Positions 10,802-22,099 of a DNA stretch of 64,000 bases are shown one piece after another. This stretch comes from an uncultured Acidobacteriota bacterium (GTDB lineage: Bacteria > Acidobacteriota > Thermoanaerobaculia > Multivoradales > UBA5704): positions 2,816,001 through 2,880,000 of the forward strand of contig CAVYRF010000002.1 in the NCBI GenBank assembly GCA_963770895.1. The letters are read 5' to 3'. Under the pieces are notes generated by a model, which saw only the letters and a list, made by a program, of their open reading frames with translations, had not been told where the DNA came from and did no database searches. Every line of letters begins with the position of its first letter. Position 1 is the stretch's first letter. A program made the translations under genes and the position numbers.

Positions 10802-11950
10802 ATGACGCGGATGGACTCGCCCGCGAGCCACGAGATCGAGATTCCAGCCGACGAGGCGCGGGACCTGGCCGATACCTATGCCGGGTGGGCGCGCGACGGG
10901 GCGGTGGGCCAGCTCCTGGTCGCCTTCAATCAGCGGGCGCGCTTGCGGGAGGGTCCGAGCCCGGAGGTGTTGGCGCGCACGATCCGGGAGGTGCAGGCTG
11001 CATGCTGGGAGCGCCTGCGGCTCCACCCCGTCCTGGGCGACGAGGTCGAGCGGTTCGGCCGCGAATGCCCGCCCTGGCTCCTGGTCCGTGGACTTGCGCC
11101 GCTGTCCGAGCCTCTTCCAGCCCGCCCCAGGTACCGCGAGGTGGTGCGCGACGGGATGGGCCTCGATTACCTCTTCGCCGCGGTGGCTTTCGGGGTGACG
11201 TCAGGCCGGTCGCTCTTCTGGAACTTCTTCGATCACTGCTCACGCCCCGCCGGAGCAAAGCGCGACGACAACGCCATCGATCCTCACACCGACGCCTGCG
11301 ACACCGTCTGGCTGGCGCCGCTCCATGGGCTGCCGGAGGCCGTGACCTGGGTGGCCGCGGTGGCGGACGTCGTCGCGGCTCTTGAGGAGCGGCACCTTCA
11401 GGTGCTCACCTCACACCGGTATCACGTGGTCTGGTCGGATTTCTTCTCCCACCGGCTCCTGGCTTTGGCCGGAAGGGACGCCACCGAGCCGTTTCCCCTC
11501 CTCGTCATCGAAAACGGGCGCCCGCGCCTGCACGCCAACGCGACGCTTGTCTTCGAGCTGGTCAACCGCGCCACGCGCGGTGTCGACGACGAAGCGGAAG
11601 CGGCTCGGTTCGCACTCCTCCGACAACTCCTCAACCGCCAGCTATACCGGTCCTTCTGCCTGCAGCGCGGCGAGATGCTCGCGATCGGCAACCGCGATTC
11701 CTTCCATTGGGTCGGCCGCCACGGCCCCGGCCGCTGGGTGCTGCGCCTGGAAGTCCTGGGCAACCCGTCGCCCACTGCGGCGCCAACGCCGGCGCTCACG
11801 CAGGGGCTCGCGCCTGCGCTCCCAGGGCCTTCGGGGGACCAGCTGGGCGCGCGCGACGAGGCGGCGATCCGCCGCGATCTAACCCGGCTCACGGCCGAAA
11901 CCCGCCCGCTGCTGCTGCGCGACCTCGACCTCGGCACCCTCGCATCGTAG
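10802..11950 (+). CDS. Hypothetical protein, probable TauD/clavaminate-synthase-like Fe(II)/2OG oxygenase fold
   Basis: WLLVRGL, PHTDACD (HxD), LQRGEMLAIGNRDSFH..R resembling the distal His/Arg motif; TATAAT at 10722-10727. Confidence 0.5.
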   Translation: MTRMDSPASHEIEIPADEARDLADTYAGWARDGAVGQLLVAFNQRARLREGPSPEVLARTIREVQAACWERLRLHPVLGDEVERFGRECPPWLLVRGLAPLSEPLPARPRYREVVRDGMGLDYLFAAVAFGVTSGRSLFWNFFDHCSRPAGAKRDDNAIDPHTDACDTVWLAPLHGLPEAVTWVAAVADVVAALEERHLQVLTSHRYHVVWSDFFSHRLLALAGRDATEPFPLLVIENGRPRLHANATLVFELVNRATRGVDDEAEAARFALLRQLLNRQLYRSFCLQRGEMLAIGNRDSFHWVGRHGPGRWVLRLEVLGNPSPTAAPTPALTQGLAPALPGPSGDQLGARDEAAIRRDLTRLTAETRPLLLRDLDLGTLAS

Positions 11951-11981
11951 CGATCGATGTGGCGCAGCCTGGCCTGCCAGC

Positions 11982-13049
11982 TCAGCGTCTCTTGCAGCCG
12001 TCCACGCGGGTGGCGGTGGCGGGGTCGTTGCGGTCGTTGCGCCAGGTGGGGTGATTGAAATGGATCACGAAGTCGCCGTTGTAGGAGGCGACGGCGGCGT
12101 CAAAGGTCAGCTTGCCGATGGGGCGCCAATCGCTGAAGGTGCGCCTTTGAAAGGCGGGCGTGCCGCGGGTCGAGCCCTGGTCGGTGACTTCGATGTGGAA
12201 GGTGAGGGTGCGGCGGGGTGCCGGATCTCCCGGATTGAAGATCTGCGCCATGATCTCGTCGCGGAAGTCCAGGGCGTCCCCGGGAATGCGCGGCTGCTCG
12301 GGAGCGACCAGCAGCCGCATGTAGTCCGGCGTCCGCGTGGCCTGGTCGGCGGGCTTGCCGAGCTCGGCGACCTGATAGAGCTGGCGGATGGACGGCTGCT
12401 TGTCGACCGCGTTGAAGACGGCGCCTTCGACGACCAGGGTCGGCGCGCCCGTGGAGCGGCGCCACAGGCGCGTGTCGGGTGCATTGCGCAGCTCCGCGTC
12501 GTTGACGTACTCGGTGCGCTCGCCGCCGAGGTCCTGCTGGGTGAAGAAGTTGGCGGTGCGCAGCGGCTCGGGATGGTCGGGATCGGTGGTGGGAAACAGC
12601 TTGCCGACCAATGCCAGGGAGCGGGTGTGGCCGCGCCGGGTCTCGGTGCAGCAGGTGGAATAACGCCCCACGGCCAGAGCTTGGCTGCCCATGCGGAAAT
12701 AGCCCGAGTAGCCCAGGTCTTCCGTGATCTCCCAGCGGCCGGTGAGACACACGCCGTTGGGATGGAGCAGGCGCCGGAAACCCTTGCCATCGGTCCCCCA
12801 GCGCAGATCCGCCTGGGAATCGACGGTGCGCTCGGTGGCCTGATGAAAGGTATACGGGCGACCGAAGGGCAGGGCTCCGTCCAGGACGCTTGCCAGGGTG
12901 GCCTCGTAGATGGGCAACGGTCGCTCGCCGGCCCCTCCCCAGACCGTCTGGTAAGGATTGGCAAACAGGGCTTCCCGCACTGCCGAGAAACGCGATCCTC
13001 GATACGCGCGGTCTTCGTCGGTGAACTGTTCCGTGCCGATATAAACCAT
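11982..13049 (-). CDS. Catalase-superfamily (heme) hypothetical protein
   Basis: RRLLHPNGVCLTGRWEI...YSGYF...GRYS resembles the distal-His region of catalase-like proteins; start chosen at ATG 13049. Confidence 0.55.
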   Translation of the reverse strand: MVYIGTEQFTDEDRAYRGSRFSAVREALFANPYQTVWGGAGERPLPIYEATLASVLDGALPFGRPYTFHQATERTVDSQADLRWGTDGKGFRRLLHPNGVCLTGRWEITEDLGYSGYFRMGSQALAVGRYSTCCTETRRGHTRSLALVGKLFPTTDPDHPEPLRTANFFTQQDLGGERTEYVNDAELRNAPDTRLWRRSTGAPTLVVEGAVFNAVDKQPSIRQLYQVAELGKPADQATRTPDYMRLLVAPEQPRIPGDALDFRDEIMAQIFNPGDPAPRRTLTFHIEVTDQGSTRGTPAFQRRTFSDWRPIGKLTFDAAVASYNGDFVIHFNHPTWRNDRNDPATATRVDGCKRR

Positions 13050-13062
13050 ATCCGCAACCTCC

Positions 13063-13095
13063 GAGCCGTCAGCCTGTCGAGAGCCGTCAGCCTGT
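13063..13095. repeat. Direct repeat GAGCCGTCAGCCTGT x2 (18-bp period) upstream of the catalase-like gene
   Basis: Copies at 13063-13077 and 13081-13095. Confidence 0.7.
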
Positions 13096-13185
13096 GGACA
13101 GCCGACCCGCCGGCGCCTCACGTCCCTTCGATGATGTTGCCTTTTATTGCATGATACACCAACTGAACCGCCGCTCGTCGAGCCG

Positions 13186-14943
13186 CTAGTCCAGCCAGTA
13201 GCCGCGGGCGAGGTCCCGGTAGGCGGCGACCTGGCTGCCTGCCCAGGCGGGGTCGCGGCCCAGCTCGGCGGCCAGCAGGGCGGCGACTTGCGGGGCGGCT
13301 TCGGCGCTGGCGCGCGCGTCCAGGAGGAGGGCGCGGGTGCGGCGGGACAGGACGTCTTCGACGGACAGGGCCATTTCATGGCGGGCGGCCCAGATGACTT
13401 CGGCGGCGCGGTAGGGGAGGCGGGGATGCAGGAGGGCTGCCCATGCGGGGCGCTCCGCGGCCAGGCGCTCCAGCGCGGGCGCGTCGGTGCCGTAGGGCGA
13501 AGGGGCTGCTGCTGCGCCGGTCCCGCCGGAACCGCTACCCGCATCGACGTCGGCTGCATCGCCGGCGGGGGCACCGTGGAGGCGCAGCTGGGCGGTCGGT
13601 GAGGGCCGCTCGGGCAGGCCGGCGATGGCGGCGGCAGCGTTGACCGCGTCTTCGCCCATGCGGCGGTAGGTGGTCCATTTGCCGCCGGTGATGGTCACCA
13701 GGCCGGACGGCGAGACGCGCAGCACGTGGTCGCGGCTGAGCGCCGCGGTGCCGTGCGCCGCCGCATCGTGGACCTGGTCATGCCCCGCCCCCGCCGCGAC
13801 CAGCGGCCGCAGGCCGGCAAAGCACGACAGGACGTCCTGGCGGCGGGGATGGCCGGTCAGGTAGCGGCCGGCATGCGCCAGCAGGAATTGGATCTCTTCG
13901 GGCAGCGGCCGCGGCTCGTCGCCCGCGGCCGTGGTCAGCGGCGTGTCGGTGGTGCCGACCACCACCCGCCCCAGCCAGGGCACCGCGAACAGCACCCGGC
14001 CGTCGTCGGTGTGCGGCACCAGGATGGCGCTGTCGCCGGGCAGGAAGCGCCGGTCCAAAACCAGGTGTACGCCTTGGCTGGGAGCGATCAGCGGCGTCGC
14101 CGCCGGATCGTCCAGGCGGCGCACCGCGTCGGCAAAGACACCGGTCGCGTTCACCACCACGCGGGCGCGGACCTCGAAGACTTCGCCGGTTTCCTCGTCG
14201 CGCACCGCCGCGCCGGTGATCAGACCGCTACGGTGGCTGTCGCCGGTGGTGCCGTCGCCGCTGTCGCCAGTGCGGCCCGTATGGCTGCCGCGGCCGCCAT
14301 CGCCCGCTGCGGGATGCCCGGCGTCGCCGGCCGCGCGATGGCCGCCGTCTCCTTTGCGCAGGGCGATGACGCGCATGCGATTGAGCGCCGCGCCGCCCAG
14401 GTCGTCCAGGGTACGGGCCAGGGTGACGGCAAGGCGGGCGTCGTCGAACTGGCCGTCGTGGTAGACGACGCCGCCGCGCAGGCCGGCGGGCTCGACGGTG
14501 GGCAGCATGGCGAGCGTTTCGTCGCGCGACAGCCAGCGCGAGGCGCCGATGCCCAGGCGTCCCGCCAGCAGGTCGTAGACCTTGAGGCCGACGCCGTAGA
14601 ACGGCCCTTCCCACCACTCGTAGTTGGGCACCACGAAGCGCAGGTTGTGCACCAGGTGGGGGGCGTTGCGCAGCAGCAGCCCGCGCTCGTGCAGAGCTTC
14701 GATGACCAGGCCGATGTCGCCCTGCCGCAGGTAGCGCAGCCCGCCGTGCACCAGCTTGGTGCTGCGGCTGGAGGTCCCCTTGGCAAAGTCGTGGGCCTCC
14801 ACCAGCACCGTATGGTAGCCGCGTGCCGCCGCGTCGACCGCCGTCCCCAGGCCGGTCGCGCCGCCGCCGATCACCAGCACGTCCCACGGTTCGCCATCGC
14901 CCGCGCCGGCGGCCAGCCGGGCCAGTGATCGTGCCCGCAGCAT
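13186..14943 (-). CDS. glpD: FAD-dependent glycerol-3-phosphate dehydrogenase
   Basis: IGGGATGLG, GTSSRSTKLVHGGLRYL, DGQFDDARL, GTTD, FAGLRPL, ITGGKWTTYRRM, SRRTR. Confidence 0.95.
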   Translation of the reverse strand: MLRARSLARLAAGAGDGEPWDVLVIGGGATGLGTAVDAAARGYHTVLVEAHDFAKGTSSRSTKLVHGGLRYLRQGDIGLVIEALHERGLLLRNAPHLVHNLRFVVPNYEWWEGPFYGVGLKVYDLLAGRLGIGASRWLSRDETLAMLPTVEPAGLRGGVVYHDGQFDDARLAVTLARTLDDLGGAALNRMRVIALRKGDGGHRAAGDAGHPAAGDGGRGSHTGRTGDSGDGTTGDSHRSGLITGAAVRDEETGEVFEVRARVVVNATGVFADAVRRLDDPAATPLIAPSQGVHLVLDRRFLPGDSAILVPHTDDGRVLFAVPWLGRVVVGTTDTPLTTAAGDEPRPLPEEIQFLLAHAGRYLTGHPRRQDVLSCFAGLRPLVAAGAGHDQVHDAAAHGTAALSRDHVLRVSPSGLVTITGGKWTTYRRMGEDAVNAAAAIAGLPERPSPTAQLRLHGAPAGDAADVDAGSGSGGTGAAAAPSPYGTDAPALERLAAERPAWAALLHPRLPYRAAEVIWAARHEMALSVEDVLSRRTRALLLDARASAEAAPQVAALLAAELGRDPAWAGSQVAAYRDLARGYWLD

Positions 14944-14960
14944 CGCCCGGCAATCTATCA

Positions 14961-15042
14961 CCCCGCCCGGCGGGCCCAGCCGGCAGACCCCGCCCGGCGG
15001 GCCTCGGCCGGCGGACCCCTCCCGGCGGACCCGCCCGGCGGG
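14961..15042. repeat. Cluster of four CCCGCCCGGCGGG-like palindromic repeats between divergent glpD and the phosphatase gene
   Basis: Copies near 14961, 14988, 15016 (degenerate) and 15030. Confidence 0.6.
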
Positions 15043-15156
15043 TTTTCGTCCGTGCTGGTATGCTTACGGCTGATCCACGACGGCCTGCCGGGAGGGGCCG
15101 GACCCAGGGGCAGGGCTGGCCGTCACGGGCCGGCGCTCCCCTGATCAGGGAGGGTT

Positions 15157-16446
15157 GTGGCGACGGTCACGGAAGCGCGTCCGGTCAACTACCGGGCGCT
15201 CATGAAGAAGGTCGAGCAGCTGGTGGCGACCTTGAGCCAGGCGGAGGACGAGGGCTCGACCATTCAGTCCCTGGTCGAAAGCATCATCGTCAAGTTCCGC
15301 GACGAGCTGGGTATCTTCGGCGGCCGGCTGTACCGCCGGCGCGGGGCGTTCTACGTCCTGCAGGCGACGTTCGGCGACGCCAAGGAGGTGCCGCGGGGGC
15401 TCAAGGTGCCGGTCACCTATCCGCCGATCGAGCTGCTGATCGAGGCGGGCGCCGTGTACATGGACGGCGACGATCCGCGCATCGACAAGAGCCTGGAAGA
15501 CCTGCTGGGAGTACAGCGCTTCGCCGCCATCGAGGTGGGCAGCGAAGAGTACATCCTGGCGTTCAACGTCGCCCCCGGCAACAACCGCGAAGACATCCTG
15601 TTCTCGCTGGGCATCGTGCGCCACAGCATCAACGAGAAGCTGCGCCGCGAGCGGATGGAAGGCATCTTCGAAGAGGCGCGCAAGATCCAGTCGTCGATCC
15701 TGCCGCGCCGCGCGCCGTCGTACGGGGACTTCGACATGTACGGCCGTTCGGTGCCGATGGAGAGCGTCGGCGGCGACTTTTTCGACTACATCCCGCTGAC
15801 CGACAAGATCCTGGGCCTGGCGATCGCCGACGTGTCGGGGCACGGCCTGCCGGCGGCGCTGCAGGTGCGCGACATCTACATGGGGCTGCGCATGGGGCTG
15901 GCGCGGGACTTCAAGATCGTGCGCACCGTCGAGCGCATGAACCGCATCATCCATCGCAGCACGCTGACCAGCCGCTTCGTGTCGCTGTTCTACGGCGAGC
16001 TGGAGCTCAACGGGGTCTTCATCTACGTCAACGCCGGCCACCCGCCGCCCTTCCACCTGGCGGCGGACGGCACCATCAGCCAGATGGAGGCGGGCGGCCC
16101 GGTGCTGGGGCCGCTCTCCGAAGCCAGCTACGAGCGCGGTTTCGTCATCATGAAGCCGGGCGACATGATGGTGTTCTATACCGACGGCATCATCGAAGCG
16201 CGCGGTTCCCACGACGACCGCCCCGGCGCGCCGCTCGACGAATACGGCCTGGATCGCCTGATGCACGTGGTGCGGGCCCACGCCGGCAAGCCCGCCCAGG
16301 CCGTGGTCGAAGCGGTCTTTGCCGACGTCGAAAAGTTCAGCATGCAGGCGCCGACCGAAGACGACCGCACCCTGATGGTCGTCTGCCTGCCGTCCGCGGA
16401 AAAGACCGCGACCGCCGCCTTCCCCCGCCCGCTGGGCCTGATCTGA
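15157..16446 (+). CDS. PP2C/SpoIIE-family (RsbU-like) serine phosphatase
   Basis: ARKIQSSILP, VGGDFFD, IADVSGHG, NAGHPPP, YTDGIIEA, DDRTL. Confidence 0.92.
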   Translation: MATVTEARPVNYRALMKKVEQLVATLSQAEDEGSTIQSLVESIIVKFRDELGIFGGRLYRRRGAFYVLQATFGDAKEVPRGLKVPVTYPPIELLIEAGAVYMDGDDPRIDKSLEDLLGVQRFAAIEVGSEEYILAFNVAPGNNREDILFSLGIVRHSINEKLRRERMEGIFEEARKIQSSILPRRAPSYGDFDMYGRSVPMESVGGDFFDYIPLTDKILGLAIADVSGHGLPAALQVRDIYMGLRMGLARDFKIVRTVERMNRIIHRSTLTSRFVSLFYGELELNGVFIYVNAGHPPPFHLAADGTISQMEAGGPVLGPLSEASYERGFVIMKPGDMMVFYTDGIIEARGSHDDRPGAPLDEYGLDRLMHVVRAHAGKPAQAVVEAVFADVEKFSMQAPTEDDRTLMVVCLPSAEKTATAAFPRPLGLI

Positions 16447-16464
16447 TCCGCCAGGGTCGGGCGG

Positions 16465-17193
16465 CTAGGGCTTCGGCTCTGCAGGCGGGTCTGCCAGCGG
16501 CACGACTTCCAGCTGCTGGCGCAGCTTGACGATGCTCGACGCCGGATAGATCCCGGACCGCAGCTGGACGCCGGGGTAGATCTGGGTGCCGCGGCCGACC
16601 ACCGCGCCCGGATGGAGCACGCAGTTGCAACCGGTCAGCACGCCGTCGCCCAGCACCGCTCCCAGCTTGCGCCGGCCGCTGCCGATCGAGCCGCCAGCGG
16701 CGTCAGCGCCGGCCGCGCCCCCCGCCGTGCCGATGCGGACTTCGCGGCCGTCGTGGCGGAAGTTCGAAAGGATGGTGCCGGCCCCCAGGTTGACGTCGGC
16801 GCCCAGGATCGAATCGCCGACGTAGTTGAGGTGCGGCGCCCGCGCCCCGGGCAGCAGGATGCCACGCTTGATCTCGGTGCTGGCCCCGACCACGCAGCCG
16901 TCGCCGATCCAGGCGCCGCCGCGCACGTAGGCGCCGGGCCGGATCTCGACGTCGCGGCCGATGTACAGCGGCCCCTCCAGCACCACGCCAGGGTGGATGC
17001 GGGTGCCGCGGCCGATGGCGATGCGGTCGCCGGCCAGGTGCACCTCCGGCAGCAGGCCCACCTCGATGGCCGACGATGCCAGGCCGTCGAGCACCTGGTC
17101 GAGCGCCGCGCCGAGCAGCGCCCACGGCGCCTGGGGGTCGAAGTACGGCAGGAAGGGCGCCGGCAAGGCGGCAAAGAGCTGGGGGATCTGCAC
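16465..17193 (-). CDS. Hexapeptide-repeat (LbH) acyltransferase resembling the GlmU C-terminal domain
   Basis: IGRGTRIHPG..IRPGAYVRG, HLNYVGDSILG..VNLGAGT, RKLGAVLGD; start GTG 17193 has TATCAT 7 nt upstream. Confidence 0.8.
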   Translation of the reverse strand: MQIPQLFAALPAPFLPYFDPQAPWALLGAALDQVLDGLASSAIEVGLLPEVHLAGDRIAIGRGTRIHPGVVLEGPLYIGRDVEIRPGAYVRGGAWIGDGCVVGASTEIKRGILLPGARAPHLNYVGDSILGADVNLGAGTILSNFRHDGREVRIGTAGGAAGADAAGGSIGSGRRKLGAVLGDGVLTGCNCVLHPGAVVGRGTQIYPGVQLRSGIYPASSIVKLRQQLEVVPLADPPAEPKP

Positions 17194-17219
17194 GCGCCGA
17201 ATGATACCCTGGGCGCGCC

Positions 17220-17945
17220 GTGGCCAACCGCCTGACACCCCCGCGGCGGCCGCCACGCCGATCTCCACCAGATCCGCCCACGCCGCCTCCGCCGTCATCG
17301 CCGGCGCATCCGCCGGCGCCGTTCGCCCCCCTGCCGCTGTCGTTCTACCACCGCCCGGCCGAGCAGGTTGCCATCGATCTGCTGGGCCGCTACCTGGTGC
17401 GCGAGATCGCGGGCGACCTGCTGGTGCTGCGCCTGGTCGAAGTGGAGGCCTACCTGGGGGCTCCCGACCGCGCCAGCCACGCCTGGGCCGGCCGCCGAAC
17501 GCGGCGCAACGCCAGCCTCTACCTGCCGGGCGGCCACGCCTACGTCTATTTCATCTACGGCATGCACTGGTGCCTGAACGCCGTCACCAACCAGGGCGGC
17601 ACCGGCGGCGCCGTCCTGCTGCGCGCCGGCGAGCCCGTGGAGGGGGCCGAGGCGATGTGCCGCAATCGCGGCTGGACCCGGCCGCCGCGCCCCGGCGACC
17701 TGGCCGGCGGCCCGGGCAAGCTCTGCCAGGCGCTTGCCGTGGACCGTTCCTTTGACGGCGTTGCCCTGGACGCCGGGCCGCTGCGCATCACCGGCGGCGA
17801 ACCGGTTGCCCCCGGCCTGGCCGCTGCCGGCCCCCGCATCGGCGTCGCCTATGCCGGCGAAGCCGCGGCCTGGCCGCTGCGCTTTTCCGTAGCCGGTAAC
17901 CTCCACGTTTCGCGCCCTCGCCCGGCCGCCCCTCCCGCGGCGTAA
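17220..17945 (+). CDS. mpg: DNA-3-methyladenine glycosylase (MPG/AAG family)
   Basis: LVEVEAYLG..DRASH, YVYFIYGMHWCLN, AVLLRAGEP, GPGKLCQAL, GPRIGV; start uncertain. Confidence 0.9.
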   Translation: MANRLTPPRRPPRRSPPDPPTPPPPSSPAHPPAPFAPLPLSFYHRPAEQVAIDLLGRYLVREIAGDLLVLRLVEVEAYLGAPDRASHAWAGRRTRRNASLYLPGGHAYVYFIYGMHWCLNAVTNQGGTGGAVLLRAGEPVEGAEAMCRNRGWTRPPRPGDLAGGPGKLCQALAVDRSFDGVALDAGPLRITGGEPVAPGLAAAGPRIGVAYAGEAAAWPLRFSVAGNLHVSRPRPAAPPAA

Positions 17946-18035
17946 TTCCGACGCTGCGCGGCTAGAGCCGTGCGTCAAATCGGAGGTGTTGCAGGTCGGC
18001 CTGTGTGTCGCGGCTCCCAGGCCCAGGCCGCCGCG

Positions 18036-19220
18036 CTACTTGCCGGCTTTGTTGGTGAAGCGGATGTGGCCGGCCTTGGCCAGCTTCCAGAAGACCATGA
18101 GGGCGTCGATCTGCGGCATGGGGGTGATCTTGATGATGGACTGGATGTCGTAGGTGCCGTTGATGCGCGTCAGCATGAAGCCTTCCTGCGGCGAGATCTT
18201 GGCCGAGGTCAGCTGCTCCATGGGCGCGCCCAGCTGCGGCACCGAGGTCAGGCGGATGCCGTCGCGCTCGATCTGCTCGCGGATCTGCTTTTCGCCCTCG
18301 GTCATGGCGTCCTGCACTTCGCGGTTGTCGGGTTCCAGGCTGCGCGCGGCGCGCAGGTGGCGCAGGGCGATCTCGAAGTTCTTCTGCTCCATGTAGACCC
18401 GCGCCGCGTCCAGCAGCGCGGCGGCGGACAGCACCGCCATGCCGCTGGTCAGGGTGCCGGGGGCGCCGCTGCTCAGCGGACCTACGGAGCCGCCGCCGTT
18501 GTCGCCGGTCGGGAAGCTCCACCGCGGCTTGATGATCTTGACGAAGCCTTGCTGGTACTGCTCGAACAGCACGCGGCAGACGTGGAACTCGGAGGAGTGC
18601 GTCTGCAGGCGGATCTCTTCGACCGTGCGCTCGTCGTCCACCAGCTCCAGGATGCGGCGCTCGCCGGGCCGGGCATTTTCCAGGTCCAGCTCGCGCAGGC
18701 TGACCGGGATCGCCTCCTGCGTCGGGATGAGGGCGCGGATGCGCCGCCATTCGTCGACGCGCTGCACGCCTTCCATGACGATGGCGGTCACGTCCAGGCT
18801 CATCGGCACCATGGCGCTTTCGGGCAGCACGTCGTCCAGAAAGCGGAAGTCGGCTTCGGTCCACGCGAAGACGTCGTAGATGCTCTCTTCGGCCTTCAGC
18901 CGCAGCATGCGGTGCAGGTCGTTCTCGCGCAGCGCGCCGGTGGTGACCAGGATCTTGCCGAGCAGGGTGCGGGTCTTTTCCTGCAGCTCGATCGCCTTGG
19001 ACAGCTCGATCTCGCTGATCAATCCGTGGCTGACCAGAAAGTGCCCCAGGTACTCTTCGGGCTTGGACGAGGACGACGACAGGATGCGCCCGTCCTTGAA
19101 GTAGATCCGTTTTTCGACCTTGCCGCTGTTGATCTCCAGCGTGCCGCTTTTCTTGCTTTGCGACAGCCACTGCAGCAGCTCTTCGAGCTGCATCGTGCGG
19201 AGATTGCCAACAATGCCCAT
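18036..19220 (-). CDS. DUF4388 (PatA_N-like) domain protein with TPR and winged-helix-like C-terminus
   Basis: MGIVGNLRTMQLEELLQWL....KSGTL, YFKDGRI, LGKILV, EGVQRVDEW. Confidence 0.8.
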   Translation of the reverse strand: MGIVGNLRTMQLEELLQWLSQSKKSGTLEINSGKVEKRIYFKDGRILSSSSSKPEEYLGHFLVSHGLISEIELSKAIELQEKTRTLLGKILVTTGALRENDLHRMLRLKAEESIYDVFAWTEADFRFLDDVLPESAMVPMSLDVTAIVMEGVQRVDEWRRIRALIPTQEAIPVSLRELDLENARPGERRILELVDDERTVEEIRLQTHSSEFHVCRVLFEQYQQGFVKIIKPRWSFPTGDNGGGSVGPLSSGAPGTLTSGMAVLSAAALLDAARVYMEQKNFEIALRHLRAARSLEPDNREVQDAMTEGEKQIREQIERDGIRLTSVPQLGAPMEQLTSAKISPQEGFMLTRINGTYDIQSIIKITPMPQIDALMVFWKLAKAGHIRFTNKAGK

Positions 19221-19231
19221 GAGGTCGGTCG

Positions 19232-19720
19232 TCAACCGCGCGCGCGCGTCGTCCCGGTCTGCCCCTGGTAGTGGCTGCTGGAGCCGGGCTCGCCGTAGGC
19301 TACCTCGGGCTCCGATTCCATCGAGATGAAGATCAGCTGCGCGATGCGCCGCCCGGCGTCGAGCACGAACGGCTCGGGCCCCAGGTTCTGCAATTCGAGC
19401 GTGATGTTGCCTTCGAAGCCGGGGTCGCACCAGCCGGCCATGGAATGATTGATCCACAGCCGCCCGAGCGTCGACTTGAGCTTCAGATCGCACGCCACCT
19501 GGCGCGGGATGCGCACGATCTCCATCGTCGACGCCAGCACCACTTCGCCGGGAAACAGCTTGACCTGCGGCGCCCAGAACTCCTGCGGTTCGCGGGTGGG
19601 GCAGATCCAGTGATCGCTCACCCGCACGTCGTAGCTGGCGGAATTGATCTGGCCGGGTTCGAACGGCGTCACGCCGCCCTCCCGCCCCCAGTTGCGAATC
19701 CAGTGATCCGGCTTGATCAA
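19232..19720 (-). CDS. dcd: dCTP deaminase
   Basis: QINSASYDVR, KSTLGR, DPGFEGNITLEL, RIAQLIF, YQGQTG; TTG start with GGAGG RBS. Confidence 0.9.
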   Translation of the reverse strand: MIKPDHWIRNWGREGGVTPFEPGQINSASYDVRVSDHWICPTREPQEFWAPQVKLFPGEVVLASTMEIVRIPRQVACDLKLKSTLGRLWINHSMAGWCDPGFEGNITLELQNLGPEPFVLDAGRRIAQLIFISMESEPEVAYGEPGSSSHYQGQTGTTRARG

Positions 19721-19790
19721 GACGCTCTCTCCTCCCCTTGCTGGACGGGCGTGACCGCGGAATCGCATGCGCCGCGAGCTGGTGCCGCCA

Positions 19791-20813
<1,023 letters not shown>

Positions 20814-20815
20814 GG

Positions 20816-22099
20816 TCAGCGCCTTTCTGCCGCGGCGACGGTGGTGGAACTGGTGGTTGTGGTGGCCGGCGCCGCTGGAGCCGCCGGCGTGGCCTGGCGA
20901 GCGGCGGCGGCGGTGGCGGCGGGGATCGGCGCGTTGAAGGCCGCGACGCCGGTGATCGCTTCGCCCAGGATGAGGGTGTGGATGTCGTGCGTCCCTTCGT
21001 AGGTGTACACGGACTCGATGTTCAGCATGTGCCGGATCACCGGGTAGTCGTCGACGATGCCGTTGGCACCCAGCACTTCGCGCGCCAGCTTGGCGCATTC
21101 GCGCGCCACCCACACGTTGTTGCGCTTGCCGAGCGACACGTGGTGCGGTTTGAGGCGGCCGGCATCCTTGAGATGGCCGAGCTGCAGGCAGAGCATCTGG
21201 CCCTTGGTGATCTCGCTCACCATCCACACCAGCTTTTCCTGCACCAGCTGGTGGCTGGCGATCGGCTGGCCGTTCCACTGCACCCGCTGTTTGGCGTATT
21301 CGATCGCGGTGTGGCAGCACTCCATGGCGGCGCCGATGCCGCCCCAGGCGATGCCGTAGCGCGCCTGGTTGAGACACATCAGCGGGCTCTTCAAGCCGGT
21401 CGAGCCGGGCAGGATGGCGTCGCCGGGCACGCGGCAGTCGTGAAAGCCCAGCTCCGACGTGGTGGAGGCGCGCAGCGAGAACTTGCCGTGCTGGTCGGCG
21501 GCGGTGAAGCCGGGCGTCCCCTTCTCGACCAGGAAGCCGCGGATGCCTTCGTCGGTGCGCGCCCAGACCACCGCGACGTCGGCCAGGGTGCCGTTGGTGA
21601 TCCACTGTTTGCTGCCGTTGATCACCCAATCGCTGCCCTGGCGGCGGGCGGTGGTGCGCATGCCGCCGGGATTGGAGCCGAAGTCGGGTTCGGTCAGCCC
21701 GAAGCAGCCGATCGCTTCGCCGGTGGCGAGCCGCGGGATCCAGCGGTCCTTCTGCTCCTGCGAGCCGAAGGTGTAGATCGGGTACATCACCAGGCCGCTC
21801 TGCACCGACACGAAGCTGCGCAGGCCCGAATCGCCGCGCTCCAGCTCCTGCATGATGAGGCCGTAGGCGACGCCGCCCAGGCCGGGCAGCCCGTAATCGG
21901 GGATGCTGGCGCCGAACAGGTTGAGCGCCCCCATCTGAGGCACCAGCTCGAGCGGCGTGCGGCCCTCGCGATGGCACTCTTCGATGATCGGTTTCACCTT
22001 GTCGTCCACGAAGGCGCGCACGGTATCGCGCACCAGGCGCTCTTCGTCGCCGAGCAGAGCGTCAAGCTCCAGAAAGTCGATGCCAGGGAAGCGGCTCAA
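20816..22099 (-). CDS. gcdH: Acyl-CoA dehydrogenase, glutaryl-CoA dehydrogenase-like
   Basis: [52 protein letters not shown]. Confidence 0.85.
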   Translation of the reverse strand: MSRFPGIDFLELDALLGDEERLVRDTVRAFVDDKVKPIIEECHREGRTPLELVPQMGALNLFGASIPDYGLPGLGGVAYGLIMQELERGDSGLRSFVSVQSGLVMYPIYTFGSQEQKDRWIPRLATGEAIGCFGLTEPDFGSNPGGMRTTARRQGSDWVINGSKQWITNGTLADVAVVWARTDEGIRGFLVEKGTPGFTAADQHGKFSLRASTTSELGFHDCRVPGDAILPGSTGLKSPLMCLNQARYGIAWGGIGAAMECCHTAIEYAKQRVQWNGQPIASHQLVQEKLVWMVSEITKGQMLCLQLGHLKDAGRLKPHHVSLGKRNNVWVARECAKLAREVLGANGIVDDYPVIRHMLNIESVYTYEGTHDIHTLILGEAITGVAAFNAPIPAATAAAARQATPAAPAAPATTTTSSTTVAAAERR

